Counted from the stretch's first letter, positions 32,849-43,393 are shown. The stretch: DNA of 64,000 bases from Waterburya sp. (GCA_965217895.1 CBDCJV010000002.1:3904001-3968000), one strand, 5' to 3'. Notes: a model not told the origin generated them from the letters alone. Made by a program: numbers and translations.

Positions 32849-34549
32849 TTACTTCTTACTAATTGACTCTGGAGACTCATCCCGCCAGAAAACGATGGTG
32901 TCATCTAGTGGCTTAATTTCAGTCTGGGGATAATAGAAAGCCAAAATCCGCTCTGCTGACCAACCCAGATTTGCTAAGTTATAGGAACCATATTGACTCA
33001 TGCCGACACCGTGACCAAAGCCACCACCAATAAAGTCATAAGCCTGTAGCTGCTTCTGTTTATTATAAATTGGCTGAAGATAGAAGAAAGTACTGCGGGG
33101 GGGTTCTAAGGCACTGCGAATTTCGTTTTTGTGTAGCTGTAGTTTTCCCTTGTCGGTTTCGATAGCCAAAGTTAACATTCTGCCAGAGCGCGATCGCTCT
33201 TGAACCTCCATTGACTTAATCGTCTTAAAATTAGCTAAGAGATGGTGAGTTTTTTTTAAGTATTCACGCAGATCTTGATTTAAGTCGGCAATGCTTCTGG
33301 TTTTATGCCAGCGGAATACGCCTTTTCTGCCTGTTTCATTAAATCCCTCAGTCATTTTAAGAAAATGCTGAAAGGTTCTTTCATCATTCAAAGGATACTT
33401 TACTAGATCCCAAAGGGGACGAGGGGAATCAATTACAGGCTGAAGATAGGGACGCTCTGCACCATTCCAGGTGTCTGCAAAACTAGCTGTCACCCCGCCA
33501 GTGGTGGAAGAATAAAGAGCATCAATTAATTCATTGTTATAGGTAAGAACTAAGCCTGCGGTTTGAGCGATCGCTTTGTCACTAATAGGATTAGTATCAT
33601 TCAAGCCTTTATATACCTGACAGTGGACGGTGGCGCAAAGTTGGTAATTATCTACCTTAAAACGTCGTAAATTACGTAAGGCATAGGTGCGGGCAATAAT
33701 TGTTTGAGCCGCAACCGCCTGAGCAGGGGCATTTGCGCCAATTTCATAGGGGACAACTCCCCGCAGATAAGTTTCTAGGGGAACACGATTAACTAAGCTA
33801 AACTCACCATAAGCATTAGGTTGCAGCTTGAGACTGCCTCCATAGGTACGAACAGCACTAGAACTATCGGTAGTGTTAACCTCAACTAAATTTTTGGTGC
33901 TGGTAATTTCTACTTCATCTTGGTTGTATTCTTTTTCACCAATTTTTAAGATAATATCGGGCTTTTTATCTAAGACTTCCGTATCAAGATAGGGACTGTC
34001 GTAACCATTGGCTTCTAGACTATGAAGCAGCCAGCGACGAACCAAAGGAGTACTGTAAACATCTCGTTTTGCCCAGACTTGCCAGCGTCCAGGTTGAGCC
34101 ACCTCTACCTCAATACCTAGCTTTTTCCAAGATTTGGCACTATCTTCGGCAGTTTCAAAGGTTGAGCGATCGCTCAAGATCAGCTTTTCTTCGAGTTTAG
34201 GTTTAGTCAGAGGAGTATAATCTACCTTTAAGACAACTTCTTTCGTTTCAATCGGCGAAGTAGATGCTTGACCAGGAAAACTAACTTTTAATAAATCGCC
34301 AGGAGTACTATCGATCTTAACTTGCTTGATCGACGGATCTCCATCAATCATCGGTTTGGCACCCAGACGCTGAATAATTCCAATTTCGAGATCGATCTTT
34401 TGAGCCTTAGCTTCAGCAGCAATTGTAGACTTTATTCCCCATAGGCTTGATATCCAAAAAACGCTTAAAAATACTGTAGCTTTGATCATTTCCAACCCTG
34501 CTTGTTTTCTATAGATACAGCAAAAAAATCTTGTAAGCAAGGCGGGCAA
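32849..34549 (-). CDS. SpoIID/LytB domain protein
   Basis: VPLETYLRGVVPYE, ARTYA, CQVYKG, GFGHGVGMSQYG. Confidence 0.93.
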   Translation of the reverse strand: MPALLTRFFCCIYRKQAGLEMIKATVFLSVFWISSLWGIKSTIAAEAKAQKIDLEIGIIQRLGAKPMIDGDPSIKQVKIDSTPGDLLKVSFPGQASTSPIETKEVVLKVDYTPLTKPKLEEKLILSDRSTFETAEDSAKSWKKLGIEVEVAQPGRWQVWAKRDVYSTPLVRRWLLHSLEANGYDSPYLDTEVLDKKPDIILKIGEKEYNQDEVEITSTKNLVEVNTTDSSSAVRTYGGSLKLQPNAYGEFSLVNRVPLETYLRGVVPYEIGANAPAQAVAAQTIIARTYALRNLRRFKVDNYQLCATVHCQVYKGLNDTNPISDKAIAQTAGLVLTYNNELIDALYSSTTGGVTASFADTWNGAERPYLQPVIDSPRPLWDLVKYPLNDERTFQHFLKMTEGFNETGRKGVFRWHKTRSIADLNQDLREYLKKTHHLLANFKTIKSMEVQERSRSGRMLTLAIETDKGKLQLHKNEIRSALEPPRSTFFYLQPIYNKQKQLQAYDFIGGGFGHGVGMSQYGSYNLANLGWSAERILAFYYPQTEIKPLDDTIVFWRDESPESISKK

Positions 34550-34570
34550 ACTAGAAACTAAATTTCACAA

Positions 34571-34829
34571 TTAGGACTTACGCAGTTTAACGAGTTTTGC
34601 CCCCCTAGCCCCCCAAATCTGGGGGAACAAGAATTAAAAGTCCCCCTCTCGCGCATTCCCTTGCTAGGTCAGCATTCCCTTGCGCCTTCGGACGACGCGG
34701 GGTCTGACCTCTGACGGCGACGCGGTGAGACAGTTGCGTTGCGGGGGTTTCCCCCGTTGAGCAAACTGTTGAACCCTTTAGGGGGTCGCTCGCCTTGGGG
34801 GATTTAGGGGGCAAGTGCGTAAGTCCTAA
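34571..34829. mobile_element. MITE-like element with 14-bp terminal inverted repeats and nested GC-rich short repeats
   Basis: TTAGGACTTACGCA (34571-34584) / TGCGTAAGTCCTAA (34816-34829); GC-rich palindromic interior. Confidence 0.75.
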
Positions 34830-34899
34830 CAATATTTTAGAAGTCTAAATTTGCCCACCCTACATTTTCTTGCTTGCTCCTCATCCCTTATCCCTTTAC

Positions 34900-37800
34900 T
34901 TAGTCTTCGTCCTCACTTTCGATTAACATTTCCCCATCCATCATTCTTTTAGCTGCTTTTAATAGATCATCTTCTACGTAAGGTTTGACAAAGTAGCCAT
35001 TTGCCCCGCGAGACGCGGCTATGTTACGCATTTTTTTCGCACCACGAGAAGTTAACATAGCGATCGGTAGAGAGGCTAGTTTTTCGTCTTGTTGCAGTTG
35101 AGATAGCAGTTCTAAACCATTCATGCGAGGCATTTCAATATCACAAAAAGCAATGTCACACTCTAAACCATCACTTAGTTTTTCCCAAGCTTCTTGGCCA
35201 TCTCGTGCTTGTTCGACACGATAACCAGCTTTTTTAAAAGTCATGGATAATAGCTCTCGTACCGTTACCGAGTCATCAATAATTAAAACTAAAGGTGCGT
35301 TCTCAAATTCTGCTTCTGACTGATTCTTTTTAACTCGATTAAAGTTAACCGTAACGGATTCAGCTTCTTTATTTGCCCGATTGATGTCAATCAAATGTTG
35401 CGCCACATCCATCAGATCTTTTTCGGTGTAGGGCTTAGTTAAATAAGCTTTTGCACCCAAATCATTAGCTATTTGTCGATGTTTGTCAGCACCACGAGAA
35501 GTTAGCATAGCAACGGGAATAGATCTCAGGGATTCATCCTTATGAAGATTAGACAGCAGTTCTAAACCATTCATGCGAGGCATTTCAATATCGCTAAAGA
35601 TCATGTCGCAAACTAAACCACCCCGCAGCTTATCCCAAGCTTCTTGACCGTCTCTAGCTTGCTCAACCCGATAGCCCAGCTTATTAAAACTCATGGATAA
35701 TAGCTCTCGAACTGTAATCGAGTCATCTACTACTAAGACCATTGGCTCTTGCTGTATAATTTCAGCCTGAGACTGCTTTCTGGCAGCTTCACTAGCTAGA
35801 ACATCAAAGCCAATTTCAATAGTTCTTTTACCTTGAGCAATTTCAATTAGCTCTAGTACGTCCCCAATCGGCATGATTGTACCATCACCCAAAACTGTAG
35901 CTCCTGCTATACCTGGTGGTTTGGGAATTGCGCCATCAATTTGTTTAATTACGATTTCTTGTTCAGCTTTAACTTCATCTACTTCTACCGCTAATAGGTT
36001 ATCTATACTGCGCAGAATGATTACAGAAATAGTATCATCGTTGTTTTGATTTGCATTATATATTCCAGCCCGACGAATTTTGCGATTGTAATTAAGTAGA
36101 GTCTTAAGCGGTCTTAGCGGTAATAAAGTGTTTTTCCAGGTAATACAGCGCACGCCGTTAGCATTGGTTTGAATATCGCTGGGCAAATATTCTTTAGTGT
36201 CTTCTACTCCGTCAATGGGAAAAGCAATTTTTGTACTATCGTCTACACAGGTCAGGGCTTTGCAGATACTTAAAACAAGGGGTAAGCGAATTGTAAAAGT
36301 TGTACCTTTGCCAACTTCTGATTCAGTGCTTACTGAGCCACGAATTTTTTTGAGGTCGGTATTAACTACATCCATGCCTACGCCACGACCAGCAAAGTCA
36401 TCAGCCCGATCTTTAGTACTAAAGCCTGGATGGAATAGCAGTTCATAAACCTGTTGTTCTGTTAAATTTTGTGCTGTCGCCCAGGTAATTAAATTTTTTT
36501 CAACCGCTTTTTGCTTGACAATTCCAGGGTCAATTCCCGCCCCATCATCGCGAACGCTAATTACTGTCTGATTACCTTGAATAAAGGCACGAATATTAAT
36601 ATTTCCTACTTCTGGTTTACCTTTTTTCAGTCTTTCTTCTGGCTTTTCAATTCCATGAGAAATAGCATTATTTACCAAGTGAGTCATTGGATTGTAAAGA
36701 TGCTCGACGATCATTTTATCAATCAGTACATCTTTGCCTTCTACATGAAGTTGGGTTTGTTTTTTTTGCTTACGGGAAATATCTCTGATTGCTCTAGGTA
36801 GTCGATCGGCCGTTTGCCCAAAAGCAACCATGCGCGAGGAGTTCATGCCGTCTTGCAACTGGCTGGTTACCTGACGGAAAGTTTGAGCAACCTTGTCCGT
36901 TTCGTCTACCACAAACTGAATATCTGATGCGGCTTCTCTAACTCGGACAATTAGTTCAATAATGTCTTGGGAAACTAAATGGAAGCCGTTAAAGCGATCC
37001 ATCTCTAGCGCGTCTAAACCTTCTGCTTGAGCTTCTCTGGTACTACCAAAACTAGAGCCACCAGCAGCCACCGCTGAGTTGGCACGGGATTGACGACTAG
37101 CGATTAATGCTCCTTCTAAAAGCGATCGCTCGTACATATCGTGCATTTTGGCTCCAGCTTCCCCTAGAGACTGTACATGACCTAGTAGGTTATCTAAAAA
37201 ACGACGTAATCTTTCTTGATCATCCTCCAAACGATTACGTTTAACTACTAGTTCTCCAATTAAGTTATTGAGGTCATCGAGTTTCTTTACCGAAACCCTC
37301 ATTGTTTGGTCAAAACTTTGGGATTTATTGACTGGAGAAAGATCGGCTGTTCTGTTACTTGCTTTAACAGTTGCTGGTGCAGGACTAACCTTTGGTTGTT
37401 CAAAAGCGACAGGCATAATCTCTGGTAAAGCATCTTCATCGCCAAGCAAAGAGTCTAAGGATGATAATTCTAAATCAGAATCCAAGGAATTTTCTATGGC
37501 TTCTAAATCAGATGTGGATTCTAGCACCAAAGAATCTAAAGACTCTATTTCTGTATCCAAGTCTAATATGCCGTCAAGATCGCTATCTAGATTATTTAAT
37601 CCTTCTGCCGTCAGCGAATCAAGCTCACCTAAACCTTCAAAACCATCAAGCTGAAGACCATCAAGCTGTAAATCTTCAGCATTATCTAAGTCTAAAGCTG
37701 AGTCATCTAAATTATCTAGATCGATCTCTTCTAAATTATTTTCCTGAGCATATTTGGCCGTCAATGATTCAAACTCGCCCAAATCATCAAGCTGAATGTC

Positions 37801-38292
37801 TTCAGAATTTTCTAAATTTAATGGTGCTTCTGTCAAAGACTCTAAGTCATCAAGTTCTAAATCTGCCGAACTATCTATATCAGTTTCTTCAACAATATTT
37901 TCTTGAAGGTCTGCTTTAACTAGGTCTATTTGTTCAGATTGTTCAGAATCACTTATAAATTCATCTACTTCTGGAGTTAGTTTTTGCTCAAGGGAATCAT
38001 CTAAAATCAAATTCGGCTCTGATATATTGTCATCCTGAGCCAATAGTGGATCGCGAAAATCCCAATTGTCAAAATCAGCATCTGACAAAACTTTCTTTTT
38101 GGTTTGACCAGAATGTTCTAGAGCGTTCTCTACTATTGAAGATTCTTCAGAATCTAAAGTTTCGGCAGATATAAATTCTGTTACTATCTCAGAATCCCCG
38201 TCCTCTGTCCATAAATCTGCTGAACTCTCAGAAGCTTTTGAAGGTTCATTTAGATTGTCATTTGCTTCTAAAGGCTTGTCTTGACTGCTCAT
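34900..38292 (-). CDS. CheA-like hybrid kinase lacking an Hpt domain (PilL-C type): dimerization-HATPase-CheW-2xREC
   Basis: MRVSVKKLDDLNNLIGELV, HLVNNAISHGIE, GRGVGMDVV, CheW and two DIEMPRMNG receivers; N-terminus acidic and low-complexity. Confidence 0.9.
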   Translation of the reverse strand: MSSQDKPLEANDNLNEPSKASESSADLWTEDGDSEIVTEFISAETLDSEESSIVENALEHSGQTKKKVLSDADFDNWDFRDPLLAQDDNISEPNLILDDSLEQKLTPEVDEFISDSEQSEQIDLVKADLQENIVEETDIDSSADLELDDLESLTEAPLNLENSEDIQLDDLGEFESLTAKYAQENNLEEIDLDNLDDSALDLDNAEDLQLDGLQLDGFEGLGELDSLTAEGLNNLDSDLDGILDLDTEIESLDSLVLESTSDLEAIENSLDSDLELSSLDSLLGDEDALPEIMPVAFEQPKVSPAPATVKASNRTADLSPVNKSQSFDQTMRVSVKKLDDLNNLIGELVVKRNRLEDDQERLRRFLDNLLGHVQSLGEAGAKMHDMYERSLLEGALIASRQSRANSAVAAGGSSFGSTREAQAEGLDALEMDRFNGFHLVSQDIIELIVRVREAASDIQFVVDETDKVAQTFRQVTSQLQDGMNSSRMVAFGQTADRLPRAIRDISRKQKKQTQLHVEGKDVLIDKMIVEHLYNPMTHLVNNAISHGIEKPEERLKKGKPEVGNINIRAFIQGNQTVISVRDDGAGIDPGIVKQKAVEKNLITWATAQNLTEQQVYELLFHPGFSTKDRADDFAGRGVGMDVVNTDLKKIRGSVSTESEVGKGTTFTIRLPLVLSICKALTCVDDSTKIAFPIDGVEDTKEYLPSDIQTNANGVRCITWKNTLLPLRPLKTLLNYNRKIRRAGIYNANQNNDDTISVIILRSIDNLLAVEVDEVKAEQEIVIKQIDGAIPKPPGIAGATVLGDGTIMPIGDVLELIEIAQGKRTIEIGFDVLASEAARKQSQAEIIQQEPMVLVVDDSITVRELLSMSFNKLGYRVEQARDGQEAWDKLRGGLVCDMIFSDIEMPRMNGLELLSNLHKDESLRSIPVAMLTSRGADKHRQIANDLGAKAYLTKPYTEKDLMDVAQHLIDINRANKEAESVTVNFNRVKKNQSEAEFENAPLVLIIDDSVTVRELLSMTFKKAGYRVEQARDGQEAWEKLSDGLECDIAFCDIEMPRMNGLELLSQLQQDEKLASLPIAMLTSRGAKKMRNIAASRGANGYFVKPYVEDDLLKAAKRMMDGEMLIESEDED

Positions 38293-38716
38293 AATAGTTA
38301 TTTTTGACTGAATATTGCTTTACTGCTGAACTTGGAAAAAAGAAAGGTAAATTTTAGATTGCCTTTGGGAGATTTTTCGAGATAATTCGCCTAAAGTCTG
38401 GGATTTTGAGAAGATGAATTATATGTAAAATGTGTAATAGCATTGTGTACTGTATTAAAAAACATCTTGAGATATTGAGTCAAAATTTGTTTTAATTTCA
38501 ATCTAAAAGCTGTGTAAAAAATAAATATACTTACTTGAATTATAAGGTTGGCTGCATAATTTTAGTTTGCCCAAAAATAGAGTATCAAATTAAGTTTGAC
38601 TAAAAAAAATACTGAGGTCTTTAATAATAAGAGTATATTGTAATTTTTTACTTTAGGCACTCATCATTTTTAGTCATTGTAAAAAAACATTTAACTATCC
38701 AACTTAGCCTTGTACA

Positions 38717-39571
38717 ATGACTGAGCCTACTGCAACTCTACTAATATCTTGTCCTGATAGCCCTGGATTGGTTGCCAAGATTGCCAGCTTTATTTATGCT
38801 AACGGGGGTAATATAATTCATGCCGATCAGCATACAGATTTCGCTACAAGTTTATTCCTGATTCGTCTAGAATGGCAACTTGAGGGCTTTAATTTGTCCC
38901 GTGAAGCAATAGCTACAGCTTTTGAGACGATCGCCAAACCTTTGAATGCCACCTGGCAACTACATTTTTCTGACACTTTACCCAAGATTGCGCTGTGGGT
39001 AAGCAAACAAGATCATTGTCTTCTAGATCTGCTTTGGCGTAATCAACCCAAAGAATTACCAGGAACTGTTGCTTTAATTATTAGTAATCATCCTAATTTA
39101 AAAGCGATCGCCCAGCAGTTTGGCATCGATTTTCATTATTTACCGATTACCAAAGAAAATAAAGCCGAGCAAGAAGAAAAACAGCTAGAGCTTTTACACC
39201 AACACGAGATAGACTTAGTAGTCTTGGCTAAATATATGCAGATTGTTAGCCCTAATTTAATCACTCAATTTCCGAATATTATTAATATTCATCATTCCTT
39301 TTTACCAGCTTTTCCTGGAGCAAAACCCTATCATCGCGCCCATGCTAGGGGAGTTAAAATTATTGGTGCTACGGCTCATTACGTAACCAAAGATTTGGAT
39401 GAAGGACCAATTATTGAGCAAGAGGTTGCCAGAGTAAATCATCAAGACAATATTGCCGAGTTAATTCGCAAAGGGAAAGATTTGGAACGGTTAGTATTGT
39501 CTCGTGCTGTCAGATTACATCTGCAAAATAGAGTTTTAGTCTACGATAACAAAACCGTAGTGTTTAGCTAA
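38717..39571 (+). CDS. purU: Formyltetrahydrofolate deformylase
   Basis: ACT domain; LAKYMQI, INIHHSFLPAF and LDEGPIIEQ motifs. Confidence 0.97.
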   Translation: MTEPTATLLISCPDSPGLVAKIASFIYANGGNIIHADQHTDFATSLFLIRLEWQLEGFNLSREAIATAFETIAKPLNATWQLHFSDTLPKIALWVSKQDHCLLDLLWRNQPKELPGTVALIISNHPNLKAIAQQFGIDFHYLPITKENKAEQEEKQLELLHQHEIDLVVLAKYMQIVSPNLITQFPNIINIHHSFLPAFPGAKPYHRAHARGVKIIGATAHYVTKDLDEGPIIEQEVARVNHQDNIAELIRKGKDLERLVLSRAVRLHLQNRVLVYDNKTVVFS

Positions 39572-39619
39572 AATTCAATCAGGTGCAGCGTTTTTAAGCT
39601 AGCAATTTTAGTATTTAAA

Positions 39620-40048
39620 ATGGAAGAATTAATTGAGTTAAGGAAAAGTATTACATCAGGAGATTACAGTAAAGCTTTAGAAATCGTTGATGAATTAGAA
39701 GAGATGTCCATAGAAGACAAGCTCAATAAAATATATAGCTATACGGTTATCTTATTGCTGCATTTAATTAAACAAGAAGCTGAAGGAAAGACTACTAGGT
39801 CATGGGACAATTCTATCCTCAACTCAGTAGAGCAGATTAACAGGGTCAATAAAAGGCGCAAATCAGGAGGCTACTATGCCCAAGCTGATGTTTTACAAGA
39901 AATTATTGATGAGGCTTTAACTCGTGCTTTAAGAGATGCTGCTTTAGAATCCTTTGGTGGTGCTTACCAAGAAGAAGAACTATTAAAAATGATTAGTCTA
40001 TCTGACATTAAACAAAAGGCATTAAATTTATTAGAATCCGAAACTTAA
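39620..40048 (+). CDS. DUF29 family protein
   Basis: DELEEMS...ILLLHLIK...TRSWDNSI pattern. Confidence 0.8.
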   Translation: MEELIELRKSITSGDYSKALEIVDELEEMSIEDKLNKIYSYTVILLLHLIKQEAEGKTTRSWDNSILNSVEQINRVNKRRKSGGYYAQADVLQEIIDEALTRALRDAALESFGGAYQEEELLKMISLSDIKQKALNLLESET

Positions 40049-40054
40049 AATTAT

Positions 40055-41023
40055 TTATTCTTTAACTAAACGAAAACCAAACAAAATATGGCGAGAGTTA
40101 ATTGGGCGAGTGTGTTCGTAGGCAGCGCGACAAAAACCAGGTAAATCGTCCCAACCGCAACCTTTCATAACAATGCGAGTACCATCATATTTTAACGAAC
40201 TGGTATATTCAAAGACATTTCCCGCCATATCCTCTACGCCATAAACGCTTTTACTTAGAGGAAACTTACCGATTTTACTAGTATAATTCAATCCGCTAGC
40301 TGCTGAATTAGTTGCATTATCTCGCCAATCATTACCCCAGGGAAAATATTGTCCCCCTTCTCCTCTAGCTGCTTTTTCCCATTCTTCATCCGTGGGTAAG
40401 CGGTAAGCTGCATCTGTTGTTTTTCCTTTCCAGTCGGCATAAGCTAGGGCATCTTTAGAGGAAATTAATACTACCGGATGTTGAGCAGTATTTTTGGGAT
40501 ATGTATTATTAGTCCAGAGAAATTCTTTTACTTTGGAGTAAGGGTGAACTAAAAACCCTTGTTTTTGATAATCAGCTTTGCTAATTCCAGGGACTCGATA
40601 ATTGGTAGCTTGAATAAATTCTTGGTATTCTTGGTTAGTAACTAAATTGCGACTAATACAAAAATCTGGAAGTGATGAGATTTGGCGATCGCTTTCACCA
40701 TCAAACCAACCTGTTTTACGTAGTTTCTGTTCTGCTTGCCTAATTTCTGCCTCTGTATCAGCAATTGACTCAGCCGAAATACGATAGGCATAATCTCGTT
40801 CTTGGCGATCGCTACCTAAAACAAAGTCTTCAGCAGCCACAAAAGCAAAAGATTTATCTGATGTGCATTCTTCAGGGGTTATAGCTGCTAACGATCTGGC
40901 TGATTGAAAAACGTTACAGCCGATAATTGCGATCGCTATTATGAATAAAAATATTATTTGTATGGACAACTTATTAAAATTTTTTGTAGGCATTATATTT
41001 TGTAAAAAAAATAAGGCAGCCAT
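40055..41023 (-). CDS. FGE-sulfatase (SUMF1/EgtB/PvdO-fold) protein, probably exported
   Basis: HPVV, RLPTDEEWEKAARG, FPWG, DMAGNVFE and GFRLV motifs; hydrophobic N-terminus ending IIGC. Confidence 0.92.
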   Translation of the reverse strand: MAALFFLQNIMPTKNFNKLSIQIIFLFIIAIAIIGCNVFQSARSLAAITPEECTSDKSFAFVAAEDFVLGSDRQERDYAYRISAESIADTEAEIRQAEQKLRKTGWFDGESDRQISSLPDFCISRNLVTNQEYQEFIQATNYRVPGISKADYQKQGFLVHPYSKVKEFLWTNNTYPKNTAQHPVVLISSKDALAYADWKGKTTDAAYRLPTDEEWEKAARGEGGQYFPWGNDWRDNATNSAASGLNYTSKIGKFPLSKSVYGVEDMAGNVFEYTSSLKYDGTRIVMKGCGWDDLPGFCRAAYEHTRPINSRHILFGFRLVKE

Positions 41024-41105
41024 AAATAATTATGATTGCCCAGTAACTGTGGGAGAAATCGAGATTCTATGTCATGAAGACAACTATAAATAATGTTATA
41101 TATAC

Positions 41106-41405
41106 TTATTTGCCAGCACAAGGGTTAGCTGAGGCACAGGGATTTTTCTTCCCAGCACAGGGGTTAGCCGAAGCACATGGATTAGCTGCTGCACAAGGGT
41201 TTTTCTCTCCCGCACAAGGATTAGCTGCTGCACAGGGGTTTTTCTCTCCCGCACAAGGATTAGCTGCTGCACAGGGATTACCAGCAACAACACTAAATGA
41301 ATTACTATTATCTGAAGCAGCAATAGCACTATTAGAGAAAAAAGCCGTTCCACCGATAGTTAAAATGGAAGCGGTAGCAATGGTGGCAATATACTTAAGT
41401 TTCAT
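41106..41405 (-). CDS. Secreted small peptide with nine NPC repeats (99 aa)
   Basis: Start MKLKYIATIA; signal peptide ending AIA; NPCAAA/NPCAGEK/NPCASA repeats with synonymous variation between copies. Confidence 0.8.
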   Translation of the reverse strand: MKLKYIATIATASILTIGGTAFFSNSAIAASDNSNSFSVVAGNPCAAANPCAGEKNPCAAANPCAGEKNPCAAANPCASANPCAGKKNPCASANPCAGK

Positions 41406-41630
41406 AATTTTGATTGAATTGAAAGAGTGGTTTTGATGGACACCAAATATCAAACTCAACAAAACTGAAATTTGCCTGAGATATTCATTTGTATTAACTA
41501 AGAATTGTCGAATACCCTCTCAGAAAAAAATAATTTGAATTATAGTAATTTCAGTTTTAATAAAGTGAAAGTGAAATACCTTAGCAATCTGTAATTTATT
41601 TACTACTAAGCATTTATCCTTTAAAAAATT

Positions 41631-42290
41631 ATGCCTCAGAACCTTTCAGTCAATACTAGCGATCGCCTATTTGAAGTCAACCCAGACTGCGAAAACTGGA
41701 TTGTTGACGATGATAGTTCCACCGAAGCTTATTATCCTCAAGAAAAAGAGTTGGCCGTAGATCCCTATCGCCTTTTTCGTTTTCTAACCGATTTAGAAGA
41801 TATTTTGCTGGATATACCTAATGATCGCGATCGCCTCAAAGCCATTATGCCTTTGGTGCGACATTTGTTAACCAGTTCTTATTGGTTACAGATGGAATAC
41901 GATCAACCTTCGCCTAAAACTGGCTGGTCTGTCAAAATGCTGTATCGTGAACCAGAATATCCTCTGACAGTACAGATGGTAGCTTGGCAACCAGGAAGCG
42001 TATCTCCAATTCATAATCATGGTGCGTGGGGAATCGTGGCTTTAATAAGTGGCGAAGAAAAAAATCGTTTTTGGAAGCGATCGCCAACTGCTGAACATCC
42101 CGATCGCTTAGAGTTGGTTGGAGAACAAATTTTGCAACCAGGAGAAATTATTAGCTTTATGCCTGATGCTATTCACAGCGTCGAATCCATTGGCAATGAA
42201 CCAACGATCTCATTTAATCTTTACGGTGAGACTAACTACAAACAGCGTTATGAATTTGAGGTCACAAATCATACTGCAACTAACTTTTAA
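41631..42290 (+). CDS. Cupin, cysteine dioxygenase-like
   Basis: WQPGSVSPIHNHGAWG and DAIHSV...SFNLYG motifs. Confidence 0.85.
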   Translation: MPQNLSVNTSDRLFEVNPDCENWIVDDDSSTEAYYPQEKELAVDPYRLFRFLTDLEDILLDIPNDRDRLKAIMPLVRHLLTSSYWLQMEYDQPSPKTGWSVKMLYREPEYPLTVQMVAWQPGSVSPIHNHGAWGIVALISGEEKNRFWKRSPTAEHPDRLELVGEQILQPGEIISFMPDAIHSVESIGNEPTISFNLYGETNYKQRYEFEVTNHTATNF

Positions 42291-42347
42291 TAACATTGTT
42301 AATTCTTAAAGCCTTTGTGACCTCTGACCTCTGACCCCTGACCTCGT

Positions 42348-43148
42348 TCACTTTCCCACAATTCCTGACCACTGAACTTGTTTTTCCCCCGTGCGTCGGT
42401 AAGAGAAAAAGCGATCGCTTTGTTGATAAGTACAGTATGGTGCGATCGCTATATGTTCAGGATTAATATCTAATTGTTCCAACTGAATTTGATTAACCCT
42501 TGGCACGTCTATACGTACCTTTCCTGGTAATTCATCAGAGGAAATCGGAGAATTAGGTAATTGCCTTAATGCTGCTAATATTTCAGCCTCAGTTTTGCTC
42601 TGGGCATTAGTAATAATAGTTTTACCCACTTCTACGGCAACACCTTCGTCTACCTGATAAACTTTACCAGCGATTGCAGGACCAATGGCAATTCGCAGAT
42701 TTTCTTTTTTGCTATCTGATTCTAGAAATCGAGCGATCGCACCCGAAACTATTTTTTTTGCTGTACCTCGCCATCCTGCATGAATAGCACAGACTTTACC
42801 TGTAACTATATCTCCCATCAAGACAGGAGTACAGTCGGCACTAGCTGCCCAAACAGATTGCTGTGGGTGTTCGCTCATAACTCCATCGGCATCAGTCAAA
42901 GAGTTAGCTAAATAATTTTTTTCTTCAATTTCTTGGGAGGTCAATATTACATTGCCATGTACCTGCTTAACTCTATAAGCAGTTGTATTGGGTTGCAAAA
43001 ATAGAGTTAAATCTTCTGGAGTACGGGGATAAAACTGCTTAGTAAAAAAGCCATGTTGCCAATTGGATAATACATTACAGGTTAGGTAAGAATAATCCTG
43101 CCAAGTTTGCCATTGCCAAATGCGATCGATATTTCCTGAGTCAGTCAC
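42348..43148 (-). CDS. pgeF: Peptidoglycan editing factor PgeF / YfiH family
   Basis: QVHG, ADG, SADCTPVL, IHAGWRG and FFSYRR motifs. Confidence 0.93.
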   Translation of the reverse strand: MTDSGNIDRIWQWQTWQDYSYLTCNVLSNWQHGFFTKQFYPRTPEDLTLFLQPNTTAYRVKQVHGNVILTSQEIEEKNYLANSLTDADGVMSEHPQQSVWAASADCTPVLMGDIVTGKVCAIHAGWRGTAKKIVSGAIARFLESDSKKENLRIAIGPAIAGKVYQVDEGVAVEVGKTIITNAQSKTEAEILAALRQLPNSPISSDELPGKVRIDVPRVNQIQLEQLDINPEHIAIAPYCTYQQSDRFFSYRRTGEKQVQWSGIVGK

Positions 43149-43393
43149 AGAATTAGAATTTGAAAAGGACTAGCAATTATTGTATGTCGATTAACCTTGA
43201 ATTATGGAAAGATGACGTTAATAGAAATCTTGCACGAATCAAAAATATCGGTTGAGAATGGGGTCAGAAGTCAGGAATCTAAGACTAGTATTGAAAGCAA
43301 AAGATCTAGTGAACTACGACTATTTCTAGACAGTCTAAATGTTAAGTTCGCGACTCAATATCAGTCTTCGTTTAGATGTGAATACTTATCAAA

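Noticed and set aside
34605..34832. 75-aa ORF
   Set aside because: Lies wholly within the MITE-like repeat.
41074..41436. Plus-strand 120-aa ORF with AQGLAAAQGFF repeats; also considered as a possible CRISPR-like array
   Set aside because: It is the antisense shadow of the NPC-repeat gene, which has a proper signal peptide. The repeats are in-frame 18/21-nt coding units without unique spacers.
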